NCBI GenBank assembly: GCA_047495785.1
Contig: JBLDXI010000019.1
Location: 496,001-560,000, forward strand
Reading direction: 5' to 3'
DNA from: Lepidodermella squamata
Lineage: Eukaryota > Animalia > Gastrotricha
Length of the DNA stretch: 64,000 nucleotides
The notes beneath the pieces are model-generated. The model had not been told where the DNA came from. It made no database searches and saw nothing but the letters and a program-made list of their open reading frames with translations. A program made the position numbers and the translations under genes. Of this stretch, positions 13,601 to 25,200 are shown in pieces. Position 1 is the first letter of the stretch. Each line of letters opens with the position of its first letter.

Positions 13601-14793
13601 CATGGATATAAATGCCACCGGAGATGGATTTGTAATTTTCATGATTCCGGAGGAAGATATCGGCGCTGCTACTAGCGATTATATTCTGCCGGCTGATTTC
13701 AGAGGACTGGCCATCATTGCTTGTCCTGTCGATACTTCATCAGTCCGAATGTCTTTCAACCTAAAACAGACTAAATTGGGAGCGCTGTCTCAGACCCCTA
13801 TTTTCAGGAAGACCCATCTACCCATATATGGTTTCACTATATACGAATTCACCCTGTTGAATGACGTTATTGGCGTGAGTTATTTCTCAGGAGACTGAAC
13901 AAGAAACACTTTTTGAAACAGGCTAAACTGATTACTTCGAATGGCACTTCAATTGACATTGGCCCAGGATATGCTCTTACCGGCTTTAGTTCGTCTGGGC
14001 CTTGGTTAGTCGGCGTATCTGCCAGTAATAAGATGATGGCAGCTGCCCAAGTTCGACTTTATTCTATCCGGTTATCTAAGGGAATAGATAAAGTCACTCC
14101 CACTACGACCAGCCAAGAAGGTAACTTTACGCCAACGACAGTTGCTGCGGTGATCGATTACCCAATGTACTACCAACTAAGTAATTAAGATGAATGATGA
14201 TAGCTAATTATTCTGAAAATTTGTGTGAGTAGGAGTGACCGGATTGATTGAAGTGATTGGAAATATGACTCTGCCAGATGGCACTGTGCTCCCTTGCGAT
14301 CCATGGCCGAGTGAGCTTGATAATCCCGAATCCCAGCTTTTCAAGCGAGTAGCATTTGTGTTTACTGAACAGGTACTTTAAACCTTTTCTACTTCACACT
14401 CTCGAAATTTTTTTTATGCAGATCAAGCTAATCTATTTGGACCTGAAGTTTGCTGATGTTCAAGTGACTATTACTCGAATTTTCAAAGGCAGCATAATTT
14501 CGGACTACATCGTCGCACTCCGAAGCTTGACGCAATTAACGGAGGACGAGATTCGAATTAAGGTCGATGAAGCTGTTAAGAGACTCGCTAGCGTCATATC
14601 CAAAAGCATAACACGCATCATCAAAACGAATATCACCAATGTTAGAACTGTTTCCGAGCCTGTGCAAACGAGAGATACTGGCTCCCCGAAAACTGCTAAG
14701 ATGCCCAAAAGTTCAGGCAACGGCATTACTGCATATTTACCTATAATCCAGTTTTGTTTTCTGATTTGGACGAATTTGATTAGATACGCGTAG
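10698..14793 (+). CDS. Array paralogue A: LamG-like + 3 L-type-lectin-like domains + SEA + probable GPI signal (multi-exon)
   Basis: ATG 10698 starts a signal exon (METFIGALLCYIVATRIAEC). LamG-like 'IIAYWSLT...DVSGNNYHG'. Lectin-like repeats with 'GGVWS', 'SDGLTLFF', 'GDGFVIF', 'FRGLAII', 'GVSA'. SEA 'ITRIFKGSIISDY'. Hydrophobic C-terminus. Confidence 0.75.
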
Positions 14794-15590
14794 TTCACTT
14801 GAACGCAGCCGATGAATTCGTTTTCTACTAGTGACGACGTTCATTCCTTTTTCTTACTGGAGGCTAGCTTCGATGAAACTCATGAAATAACAAGATTTTG
14901 AAAATAATGAGCGAAAAAACCTTGTGTGCTGGAGGATTTAACGAAATACAATTCCCACGCAACATTGCAAGAAAAAAGGGTAGGTTAGTCGAGGGGATTC
15001 TATGCGTGGCACATTGGTTTGATTGGCAATTAATTGCCCGATTCCTAAGAGGAAAATGTAGTTTGGATATCATTAAGTTTAACAAGTATTGGGACGATCC
15101 CTGATGGGAAGCATAATCTGAGCTGCTAAAAACTTGTTGTTAGAGAAGGCACGATTGAGAGACAAAAGGAATTAGCCGGCATGGATAGATTTTGCTTGCA
15201 GCTTGAACCGATATGAAAAATAAGTTGACACGTTTAACAAGTATGCGGTATCGCTTGATTCACACTAACAGCTGTATTTTTTCCAAAGTGAAAGTGTGTG
15301 ATTTTTCCAACCGAACAGGCTCGAAAAGCTTTGGTATTGTTTCGTGTTTCGTATGAAAGAATTGAGAAGAGACAGGAGTTTCAACCCGGTCAAAATAATA
15401 GGCGGCAATAGGCGCCCTTTTGTGTCTTTCAAACTCAATTAAAAACATAGTAGGCGCTTCTTGGGTTTGTTAGACACTTTTTTCATTTCAAACCATAAAT
15501 CTGTCAGTTTATTTACCTTTCATTACCAAGACTCTCCTTGTAGCGTCATTGAATTTTGAAAGCAACATATCTGACCATTTTCTTTCGAAA

Positions 15591-18500
15591 ATGAAGTTTG
15601 AATTCACAATTCTTTTGCTCCCGTTTATCAATCACCTGACATGCTTAGTCTCGGGCCGTGAGTTTGCCAAATAATTTTCAACCGTAATTGATTCCGGGAA
15701 TTTGTAGGCTTGGTAGCATTTTGGCCTTTTACAAGTGTAACGCAAAACACGGGGGTGCACTACGACGTCAGCGGGAACAGCTTTCACGCTCAAGGCTGTA
15801 GTGGTAGCAACTTATGGATTGATACACAGGGTAACGTGAGAGTTGGCGCTAATAACAGAAGCTGCATGGTTCTTCCTCGAAACAACTTCGCTGTCAACGA
15901 ATCATGGACCATTCTCGGCTATGTTTACTACGACTCCAATTTTACGGGTCCTTTCATCGAATTCATGGTTTCATCTCAAGGCAAAAGTCCGTACGGTGCG
16001 AGTGTCTTTTTAACTCCTGGAAACACCCTGAGAAGCAGTCTTAAGTTCAACAACCTGAACAATTTTTCGGCAGAAGACCCTGCGCCGAGTTTCAGCAAAA
16101 CATGGAGTTTGATTGTAGCTTCTTATGATGCAACAAATTCGATGTTTAGAACCTATGTAAATTCGATCTTGGTAAATTCCATATCGACTGCAGGATATTC
16201 TTTCTCTGAGCCGAAATTCGGCATCGCTGTCGGAGTTAGATCCGGAACTAGCATTGCTTTCAATGCAGCAATTAACTGTTTCGGTATTTTCAGCTCGGCC
16301 TTTTCAATCACGGAGATTGAAACTTGCATGCAAATTTGCCGTCTTATTCCAAGATCGAAAGGGCTAGCATCAATCGCTTTAGCGCCTAACTCAAGAAGTG
16401 CTAGTTGGTTGTGGGGTCTGTCCTTGCCAGTTGCTGCACTCTGTAAGAATGCTTTGAAAAGTAGTGTTTCCTAAATCGAGATATATTTTAATCCAAATTA
16501 ATCCAGTGGGGAACGCAGTTGGTACAAAGTGGATTATGACTGGAGCTGCCGAGGCATTAGAAACCTCTGTTGTTTTGATCGAAGAACCTAATGAGTTTGG
16601 TGGCCTGTGGTCTACTGCGGTAAGTAATTCAGAATTTCTGTACCGCGCTGATACAATTTTGAACCACATCAGCCGATTCCATCTGCTAATTTGCGCGTGG
16701 AGTTCATGTTTCGCTTCGAAAACGCGGGTTGTGCTGGCGACAATCTATTCGGCATATTCCTTGTTGACAAATTCTATACAGCCCGAACAGGATGTGAGCT
16801 TTTGAGATTTTGAATGTAACCACTAACCACCCAATTTTCATCAATCTAAAGCATCAAGTTTTTTCGAAATCGAGGCATCGTCGTTTCTTGGGCTTGGAGT
16901 GATCTTTGATGTGAAAGCTGCTGCAGCATACGTTATCAACGCAAGGGTTATAAATTCAAAGGTTTCTGATGCCAAGTTCTATCGCGATCAGCCAATCAAA
17001 TTGAAGGAGTACCCTGGGGTTAAAGGTTTAACCTCTGGAGTTCATATCATAGTGGTGGAGATAGTTTGGAGCTCTCTAACTGTTACGCACCTTATCGGAG
17101 ATGGACCGCCGATAACTCTATTTTCGGGCATTGGGTTACCTAACTTTAGCCTTCTTCTGAGTGATCTCCAACTAGGCGTGTCGGCATTTGCGAACGGGCC
17201 TTCGCCATGCTCAGTCGAAGTGCTCAGCATGGAGGCATACTCAATAAGCATGAGTGGACAAGTTTGGGCGCCCGTTTCTTCGCTGGCCTTTAGTCAGGAG
17301 AATTTAGGTAAGTTTTCAACTGATTGCTTTCTCTTCTTATTTTTTCATATCAGGAAATTGGGTCGCCGCATCCAAGCCCATTGATAACACCGGGATTGCA
17401 GCTATCAAGCCGATCGATATTTCGAAAAATGGTTACACATTGCTGAGCCGTAACGATGCTGGTATTCAATCAGTCCTCTATTCGAACAATGTAAATTCTC
17501 TATAATTATTCGTACATCTTATGAGAATCTGTTACAGACACTGAATGATGGGGATGACTTAATCGCATCGTTCTGCGCATACATTGAAAGCGGAATGGGC
17601 GACGACAATATACTAACTATATTTTTTGTACCAGCTAAAACTTTCACGCCTAATGGCAAAGGTTTGTTTCCAGTTACGAATTTATTTGAATTGATGACAC
17701 CGTTGATTCCATATGCAGCTGGACCGGGATATCTACCACAGCCTTTCGCCGGATTAGCAATTATATTGCGTGGGTCATCTAATAATACATCCATCAGAGT
17801 AGTTTATGACGACGTTGGCTTGGCATCGGATGGGATGCGGCCTGAACTTGCGATGTACTTTGTTGAAGGTCTAAATCTCAAGGCTGTTTTCGGTAACGTC
17901 TGCTTTCAAATGAGAATCACACTTATCGACTTGAGTGTAAACAATTTATGATGCTTATCTGGGTGCGATTTTGAATTCTCTGTTAAATAGGTGAATGTGT
18001 ACAATGAGTCAGGAGATGTCACGAAACTCGCGCAGGGGCCTTGGATTTCAAAATTCCTTAAATCTGGGCCATGGAGGCTAGGCATTGGCGCACAAAGCAA
18101 AACATCTGGGCGTGAAGTCAGGGTGCACTCAATCAGAACTTATGAATCAGATTTCGACAATACCGAAACTCAGAAAAACATACTAGCAGAGCAATCTTCT
18201 CCTTTCGGAAAAGGACTCAGTATGCTTTCATTTTCCTGTTTTCAAGTGGCTATTTTAATGTCATTGCCTCTCTCAGGTGATTGGCGAGTGGATGAATCAT
18301 TATCAGGAGCCCAGCCGATGCAAATTTTTCCTCCGTCAACTGCTATTGGGAACAGGGGCTACCTTTTACTTGACAGCACGCTAAACAAGAAAGCTCGTAT
18401 TTATACGAACAAGGTTACCCTTTCGCAATTATTTTCGATTCTAAATTTTCAATTTCACTGATAGGCTTATTATCCAACTTCGGGAGATTTAACTTTTCGA

Positions 18501-20925
18501 GTCAGACTCAACTTCGAGGTGAAGTCATCTGGTGACGGCTTTGTCATCTTCATGTGTCCGGAGGAGGACTTCGGAAACCCAACTGGTGCTTATCTGTTGC
18601 CAGCCGATTTTCGCGGACTGGCTGTTATTGTGGATCCTAGTGGAACCGTACGAGTGGCTTACAGCGTAACAACAAGGACAGGGGATGTATTAAGCATTAA
18701 GCCTTCGTTTACTTTGAGAAACCAAGAAATATTTGGCTTCACAACGTATCAGATATCGATTACCAAAAGTAGCACAAAAGTAATGCCCCGTCGAGTTCTT
18801 GAATAAACATGAATATATATCAAATTATCTAGGTTTCACTGGGGTCTCCGAGTGGTAAATCGTTAGAGTTGGTTTCTAAGTGGACTATGCCAGCTTTCGG
18901 CGTTGCTGGTCCTTGGCTGCTAGGTGTTGCAGCTAGTAATTCGCTGGCTGGGTCGTCTCAAGTTCGGATACATTCACTGGCATACTGGACCTCAAACACG
19001 ATGACTAATCCAGATATCATCAATGAAACTGGCATGGCTTGCTAAAATTCTACTTTCAAATATCGAACCTTTATTTTTTACACAGAATCGTATCAACCTC
19101 GATATTCGTTTGATAGCTTCAATTTAGGTGAGACTTGAACATGCAAAATGAATCGCTTCTCAATTTGTTTATCCTTAGGAGAGAATTGGATAGTTCGAAG
19201 CAAAGGAACTACGAACGCTGACTTTGACTCGTCACCGCCTTATCTCGAAACCAACCGCAATATTCCCTGCATGATGCTCTTGCCTAATGTGATAGGTCGC
19301 CAAGTGGTTATGTACGCAAGAATGGTTAGGCATTTAGATATTTCAGCATCGAATATATTGATGTCTGCTTCTAGCCATTTGTAATGAGCGGAACCTCTGG
19401 TTACCTCATAAAAGCGAGTTTATCGGTTATTAGCAACGGTGGCGGCGATGGCGTAGATCTTTTTTTAGCTAACGCTGAAAGTTTGAATTCGAAAAATTGG
19501 ACTTGTAAGCATTGTTATCCCTTCCTATCTCTATTTTGGTTATTTTAATTATCAAGTCACAAACGCCGAATTTTACCTGCAATTCCCTACACGTGGTTTG
19601 CATTACGTGCTGAATACTCGGCAGACAAATTCGTTAAAGCTGGTCTACAGCACCTACCCTATAAACTCAATTTTAAAAGAAAGCGCCTTCTCACCACAAG
19701 TCCTGAGCTTGACAAACGATCAGCTTTATAACTCGTCGTTTTCAAATATCGCCTTCAGTCTATACATCGAAAATGACTACGTCTCTGTAAGTCTATTCAC
19801 GTATTAGATGATTTACCGACATTACTAGCTTTTCAATCTGCAAGGCGAACTTCACTGACATGAAAGGCAACGTTTATCAATTAGCGGACAAGATTGTAGC
19901 ACCTTGCCTATCTGCAACAGGCCCGTGGTATCTCGGTATCGCGGCGCGTTCCACTGACAAGACCATCGACGTTTGCGTGAATTCTATTAAAACATATGTC
20001 AACAACGTCACGAGCCCTTATGTTTCGCCGACATGTACGACGACTTCAACTTCAACAAGTTCAAAATCGACAACCTCAACATCGACAACTTCAACAGCCG
20101 AAGTTTCAACAACTACTACGCCCGGAATCTCATCCAAGTCACAAGAATCCTCTTCGACTACGCCTTATATTCCTGAAGCATCGTCTGACTCGCCGTCTAC
20201 TTTAAGGGCGAAAGCGCGTTTGGATTCTACGACTTCATTATTATCGACAGAAACGGATGGGTATTACTCACCATACTATAATATGGGCAAGTCACTTTCC
20301 GGTGAAATACAGCTTTTTCCAACTATGATCTTCAATTTCAGAGGTCAGCGGGAGTCTTGAAACTATTGGAAATATGACCCTTCCCGATCTTACTGTTTTA
20401 CCTGCGGAACCTTGGCCAAAAGAGCTTGATAACTCCAGTCATCCGCTCTTCAAAAGCGTCGCGGCTGTTTTTGCCCGAGAGGTATCAGGTCATGTTCCAT
20501 AAGCTTCTCTTTTATGCCTGTTTATCTTTTTCCAGGTCAACTTGACGTATTTTGAGGCCGGAGCGATAGTTGATAACGTTACAATCACACGAATCTACAA
20601 TGGCAGCGTAATAGCCGACTACATCGTTGTGCTTCGCAGCCTTACGCAGTTAAGCGAGGAGGAAATCCAGGCCAAAGTTAAGATAGCCATACAACGATTG
20701 GCCGAAGCTGCTGTCAAAAGAATCGGGGAGATAATCAAAGCGAATGTTGAAGGCGTTACAGTCCTTTCGAAGCCGCAATATATTAGGACAGCAGCACCAC
20801 TGTCGTATAGCCAACCGACTCGACCGATTATACCTTACGTTAAATCCAGCAATGATTGTTCATCGCTAAACGTCGGAATAATGCAGCTGCTAATCTCTAT
20901 GAATGCTCTAGCGTTCATCTTGTGA
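15591..20925 (+). CDS. Array paralogue B: LamG-like + 4 L-type-lectin-like + Thr/Ser stalk + SEA + probable GPI signal
   Basis: Signal exon MKFEFTILLLPFINHLTCLVSG. Exons collinear with A plus a fourth lectin-like repeat (~19180-20000). SEA 'IYNGSVIADY'. C-terminus 'IMQLLISMNALAFIL'. Confidence 0.78.
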
Positions 20926-21496
20926 CAACAGTCTGGTAATGTATCAATGTTGTTTCGGTTAATAAAATGCATTTAGCTGTTCTTGGTTGAACCTACTTCA
21001 TACAGTTTGTGCGTTCGCTGTCAGACCTGGTTTGACTGAACTGTGACTGGACTGATACCGGTCGAAGCAACGCTTCAAAGCCACGTACCCGGCCTATTTT
21101 GGAAATTGATAAGGATTGGAGTATAAATGCTCCATAAAAATATATCAGGAATAAAATATAAAATAATGATTTTCAGAAATGAAAAAGGCGTACCATAATT
21201 TTTTGTAGCGTCACACATTTGGGTTGACTGCGCAAAAGAATTCCTGATGAACAATTAGTAATCAAATTTAAACTAGCTTGAAAAAGCCGCTCTCATACGT
21301 CATGTCTATTGCGTCGGATTTAATTTCGAATAACTATGAATAACTAGATTTTGAAAAATTGACCCAGCCTTAACCATTAGGCTTTCTTTGTGAGAAATAA
21401 TTAGGGTTTTAAAGGAATACCTTAATTCATTCTCATATGCAGCTATCCCTTTGCGAAGTTCTGGGTCTTTCAAGTTATATGTACATATCCTTAGAC

Positions 21497-21836
21497 CCAT
21501 TGTGTTTCAAGTAGTAAGTGAAGCTTTGACCCGCGCGCTGATTGGTAAATTTATTGTTGCTATGACCCCGGGATGAAAAATTTCTGTCGTGCGATCCACT
21601 AATAAATTATTGTATATTTATGTAAAAATGACCTTGCAACACCCTCTGCACGATATCCATTGACCACGAGCGTAAACCCCATAATAATCGTAGCAATCTG
21701 CTGCGGCAAAAACATTAGTTGCAAAATGTTTCATGGATCGCACTGCCATAATGTTTCATCCGGGAGTCATAGCAACGATCGATCAACCAATCAGAGCGCG
21801 CCCAGAAATGCTACTATTTATCTCAAACACAATGCC
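21497..21836. mobile_element. Palindromic (foldback) MITE-like insertion
   Basis: Nested inverted arms: cattgtgttt/aaacacaatg, gcgcgctgattggt/accaatcagagcgcgc, gttgctatgac..ggatgaaa/tttcatcc..gtcatagcaac, gtgcgatcca/tggatcgcac. It is absent from the paralogous spacer near 47060. Confidence 0.7.
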
Positions 21837-22213
21837 TATAATGTAATAAGTTTTTCAACAATTTTGCTCTATTTTTCTGCAGATTTTCACCTCCTAAGAG
21901 GACACTTGTGAGGCTCTTTTAATTGGGGAGAAATTCTAGAAGAACCTAACCCAGTTTACTTTTGTCATCATTATCTGTTGATAACGAGCGTTGTTGAAGG
22001 AAAATAAACTCGTATTCGGCATTTCAACTGGCAGTGCCGCTCGAATCTTAAGGCGAATTCAGTCCAACTAAAACGTGTGGCTGCAGTTTGAAAATCATTA
22101 TCAGGAGCTTGTTTGTTTACAATCAACGGATTGAGTCAGGGGCTTAAAACCAACTAGGCAGTTTCAAATGCCTTTTCACCTGATTTCTATAAATCTCAAA
22201 GAAAAATCACAAC

Positions 22214-25200
22214 ATGAGAGCTAGATTAACCTTGATTGTTTTACTTGCGTTGGGAAGTCATTGCACGTCAGTATTAGGGCGTAAGTGTTTATCGGCATCA
22301 TTATAAGTGCTTATTAAGATGTCAGCATTTCTTCAGGACTAATTGGATACTGGCCGCTAACATCAAGAACGCAGTTTGATGTCAACTTGTTTGATGTTAG
22401 TGGGAATGACAACAACGCCAGAATCTGCCCCACTAGCAACGTGACGTTGGATCCGATAGGTCCATGGAACTTCGTGAATGCATCTGTGAAAGTTGGATTT
22501 GACGCTAATAGCTGCATCTATTTACCGAAAACAACCATCTCTCTAAGCCAGTCTTGGACGATTATCGGCTACGTCAATGTCCAGTCAGGCAGCGGTCCAT
22601 TCATCGACTTCGCAGTATCAAACTCTCTTGGGCAAGCACCATTCGGGCCTAATATATTTCTTACTGTTTCACCTGGGGGCGACTCAGTTCGAACCGATTT
22701 GATGAAGCCGAATCTGAATGCGCAAAGTGCCGCAACTTTGGCAAATAAGTGGGTAATGATTACCGCAACGTTCGATGCGCCTTCTTCTACATTCAATACC
22801 TACTTGGACACGACTCTTCTAACTTCTATTCCGACTGCCGGCTATTCGTTTCCTATGCCGAAGATTGGCTACGTGGTTGGGACGCGTTGGAACTCGACTG
22901 GTTTTCTTGGATCAGTTGCGTGCTTTGCCATGTTCAATTCAAGCTTCACGGCCTCTCAAATCGACCTGTTTCAATACATCTGTCGTTCGGCACCGAAAGC
23001 TAGAGCAAATGACTTGATACCAACAAACTACATATATTTTCCGCAGTGGGTAAAAGACCTGTCCCTCTCCATAGCAGGCAGTGGTAATGTCACTCAAACC
23101 AAGGGAGTTCTAATTGCCATAAATTCCAATTTCCTTAGTTGTAAACCCAGGTTTTACGCAATGGTTGGTAACTGGAGCAGCTGAGGCTCAAGAGCTTTCT
23201 CTGACTCTCGTCAAACAGCCGAATCAGTTTGGTGGCATATGGTCAACTGCGGTAACGAATTTTGCATGTTTTTTCAATCGAATCACTTTGCATTTAAACA
23301 GCCAATCACTCCGTCACACATACGCTTTGAGGCAACGTTCAGCCTTCAGGGCACTGGTAATCTTTTCGGCATCTTCATTGTCGACAAGTACTGTAATATC
23401 CGGCACGGTACGGATACCACACGGGTTCGATATAGAGAGTAAATAACAGTCAGGCAGAAATGATCCAAAACTCCTCATTTTATTGTTATTGTGTTTCAGT
23501 ATTTATACTGCGGCACGCAGGCCGCTTATTGGTTGGTATGCGGACCAATCGCGCTCGACTTGCGTGTCGCGCGTCCGCATAGCACATTCCCCAGGTGAAA
23601 TAGTGCTTTACTCCTGGAAAGCGGGAAAAGCGAAAGGAGTGTAACGGCAAGAGAAAAGTTCGAAGGTGATATTGTGAGAGAATTTACAATAAATAAGATC
23701 ACTGGTAAATATATATACAAACTTCGTGATTTTGATTTTCAATAGTAGAAGCGCTTTTTGCGCGGCTGTGGTTTTGGTTCCGCTTCATTGGCTTTGTCGA
23801 GCGGAATGGCCGTTGACGGTGTTTCGTATCCTGGCGGTTGTGGGGCGGTTGGGACTTGAAGTGTCGGCATTATTGTCTGGATTTGGAGCGGATTTGAAGG
23901 GCGATTTCTATTGCAGATGAGGTAAATGATTGCGACGGTGTTCAGTGTCAGTATGAGAGAATTCGCTCCGGTTGGGAGAATCGATAGCAGCGCTGAGTGG
24001 GTGTCGTTGGAGGAGCCGATTTGTCCAACGTAGATACTCATCAGCTGCGTGAAGAGACCTAATTGTGCCGAGCTGGCGCTGATATTTTCGACGAGCCGCA
24101 GTGTTGTAGCATCATTCCGGTTGAACTCGTCACGCATGGTTGAATCCTTAAGGCTGGCGACGATTTTATCGATATTTTTGCTGTGTTGGGTCGGGTAGTC
24201 GCTGGTATTGGGGTCAAGTAGCTTTAATCGACCCGACTCGGTGACCGTTAGTATCTCTTGGCGCAGATCCTCGTCGCATTCAAAGGCCGATGGGTGTAAT
24301 TCGAGGTCGCCAATTTTAATGATGTGGTTGCAAGAGAGGTGGAAAATGTGGCCACTTTGCGAATATTTTCGGCTAAAAATTTGTTTTCTGGCGGTGCCAT
24401 TAACGCGCCAGAGTGAGACAGTCGCCGGTTTTTGAAGGAGGAACGAGCTGTGGTTGAGTCGCACAACATCGCTGGCTTGTTCGCACCAGTTGAACTCGGC
24501 TTTCGAGCTGATAACGGGGTCGAGAGCTAAGGCGTGCTCGGAATCAGCGACGAGGCCGGTCTGTTGTAGCCAGTCTGGTGTCGTGGAAATATCGCAGAAT
24601 TCAAGTGGGCAGACGATTTTGTGGGGTGAAATTGTGGTACAGGCGTCGAGACAGCTGGTAGGAAATAAGCGGACGGGCTGGTCTGAGCATTGGATGGCGG
24701 ACATGCCGATGTAGACAGATCGCGGGGCCGTTAAACAGCTGCGGTTGCCAAGCAAGCTGATCGGGGACAACGCGATGATGTTGCAGACCGAGTTTCTTAT
24801 TATCGGAAGTTTCGCTCGAATTGTAACGTCGATGACATCGGGTTGATCGGCGCCGGTGATGGACATCCAGGCCGAGACAAACAATGGGACACCCTGGGTT
24901 AGTAATTTGACCGTTTCGTTGTGCCTGGGTGAGATTTGTAGCTGGCGGATGATTTTTGTCGCCATGGCCTCGGTCATTTCATAGGTACCGAACGAGCCAT
25001 CGTTTATGCCTACTCGGATGCGTTCGACATGCGCGAACTGGTCACGCATCGCTGCCTGCTTTGTGAAGTGAAAAGCAGTCAGTTTATTGAAGTTGTGCCA
25101 CTTCTGCCGATCGCTGGTGTATTCGCTGGTCAAATTTATGAGCACATCTTCCACGGCTTGCAGACGTTGTCCTAGCCGGTGGGTTTGTTTCGCCAGCAGC

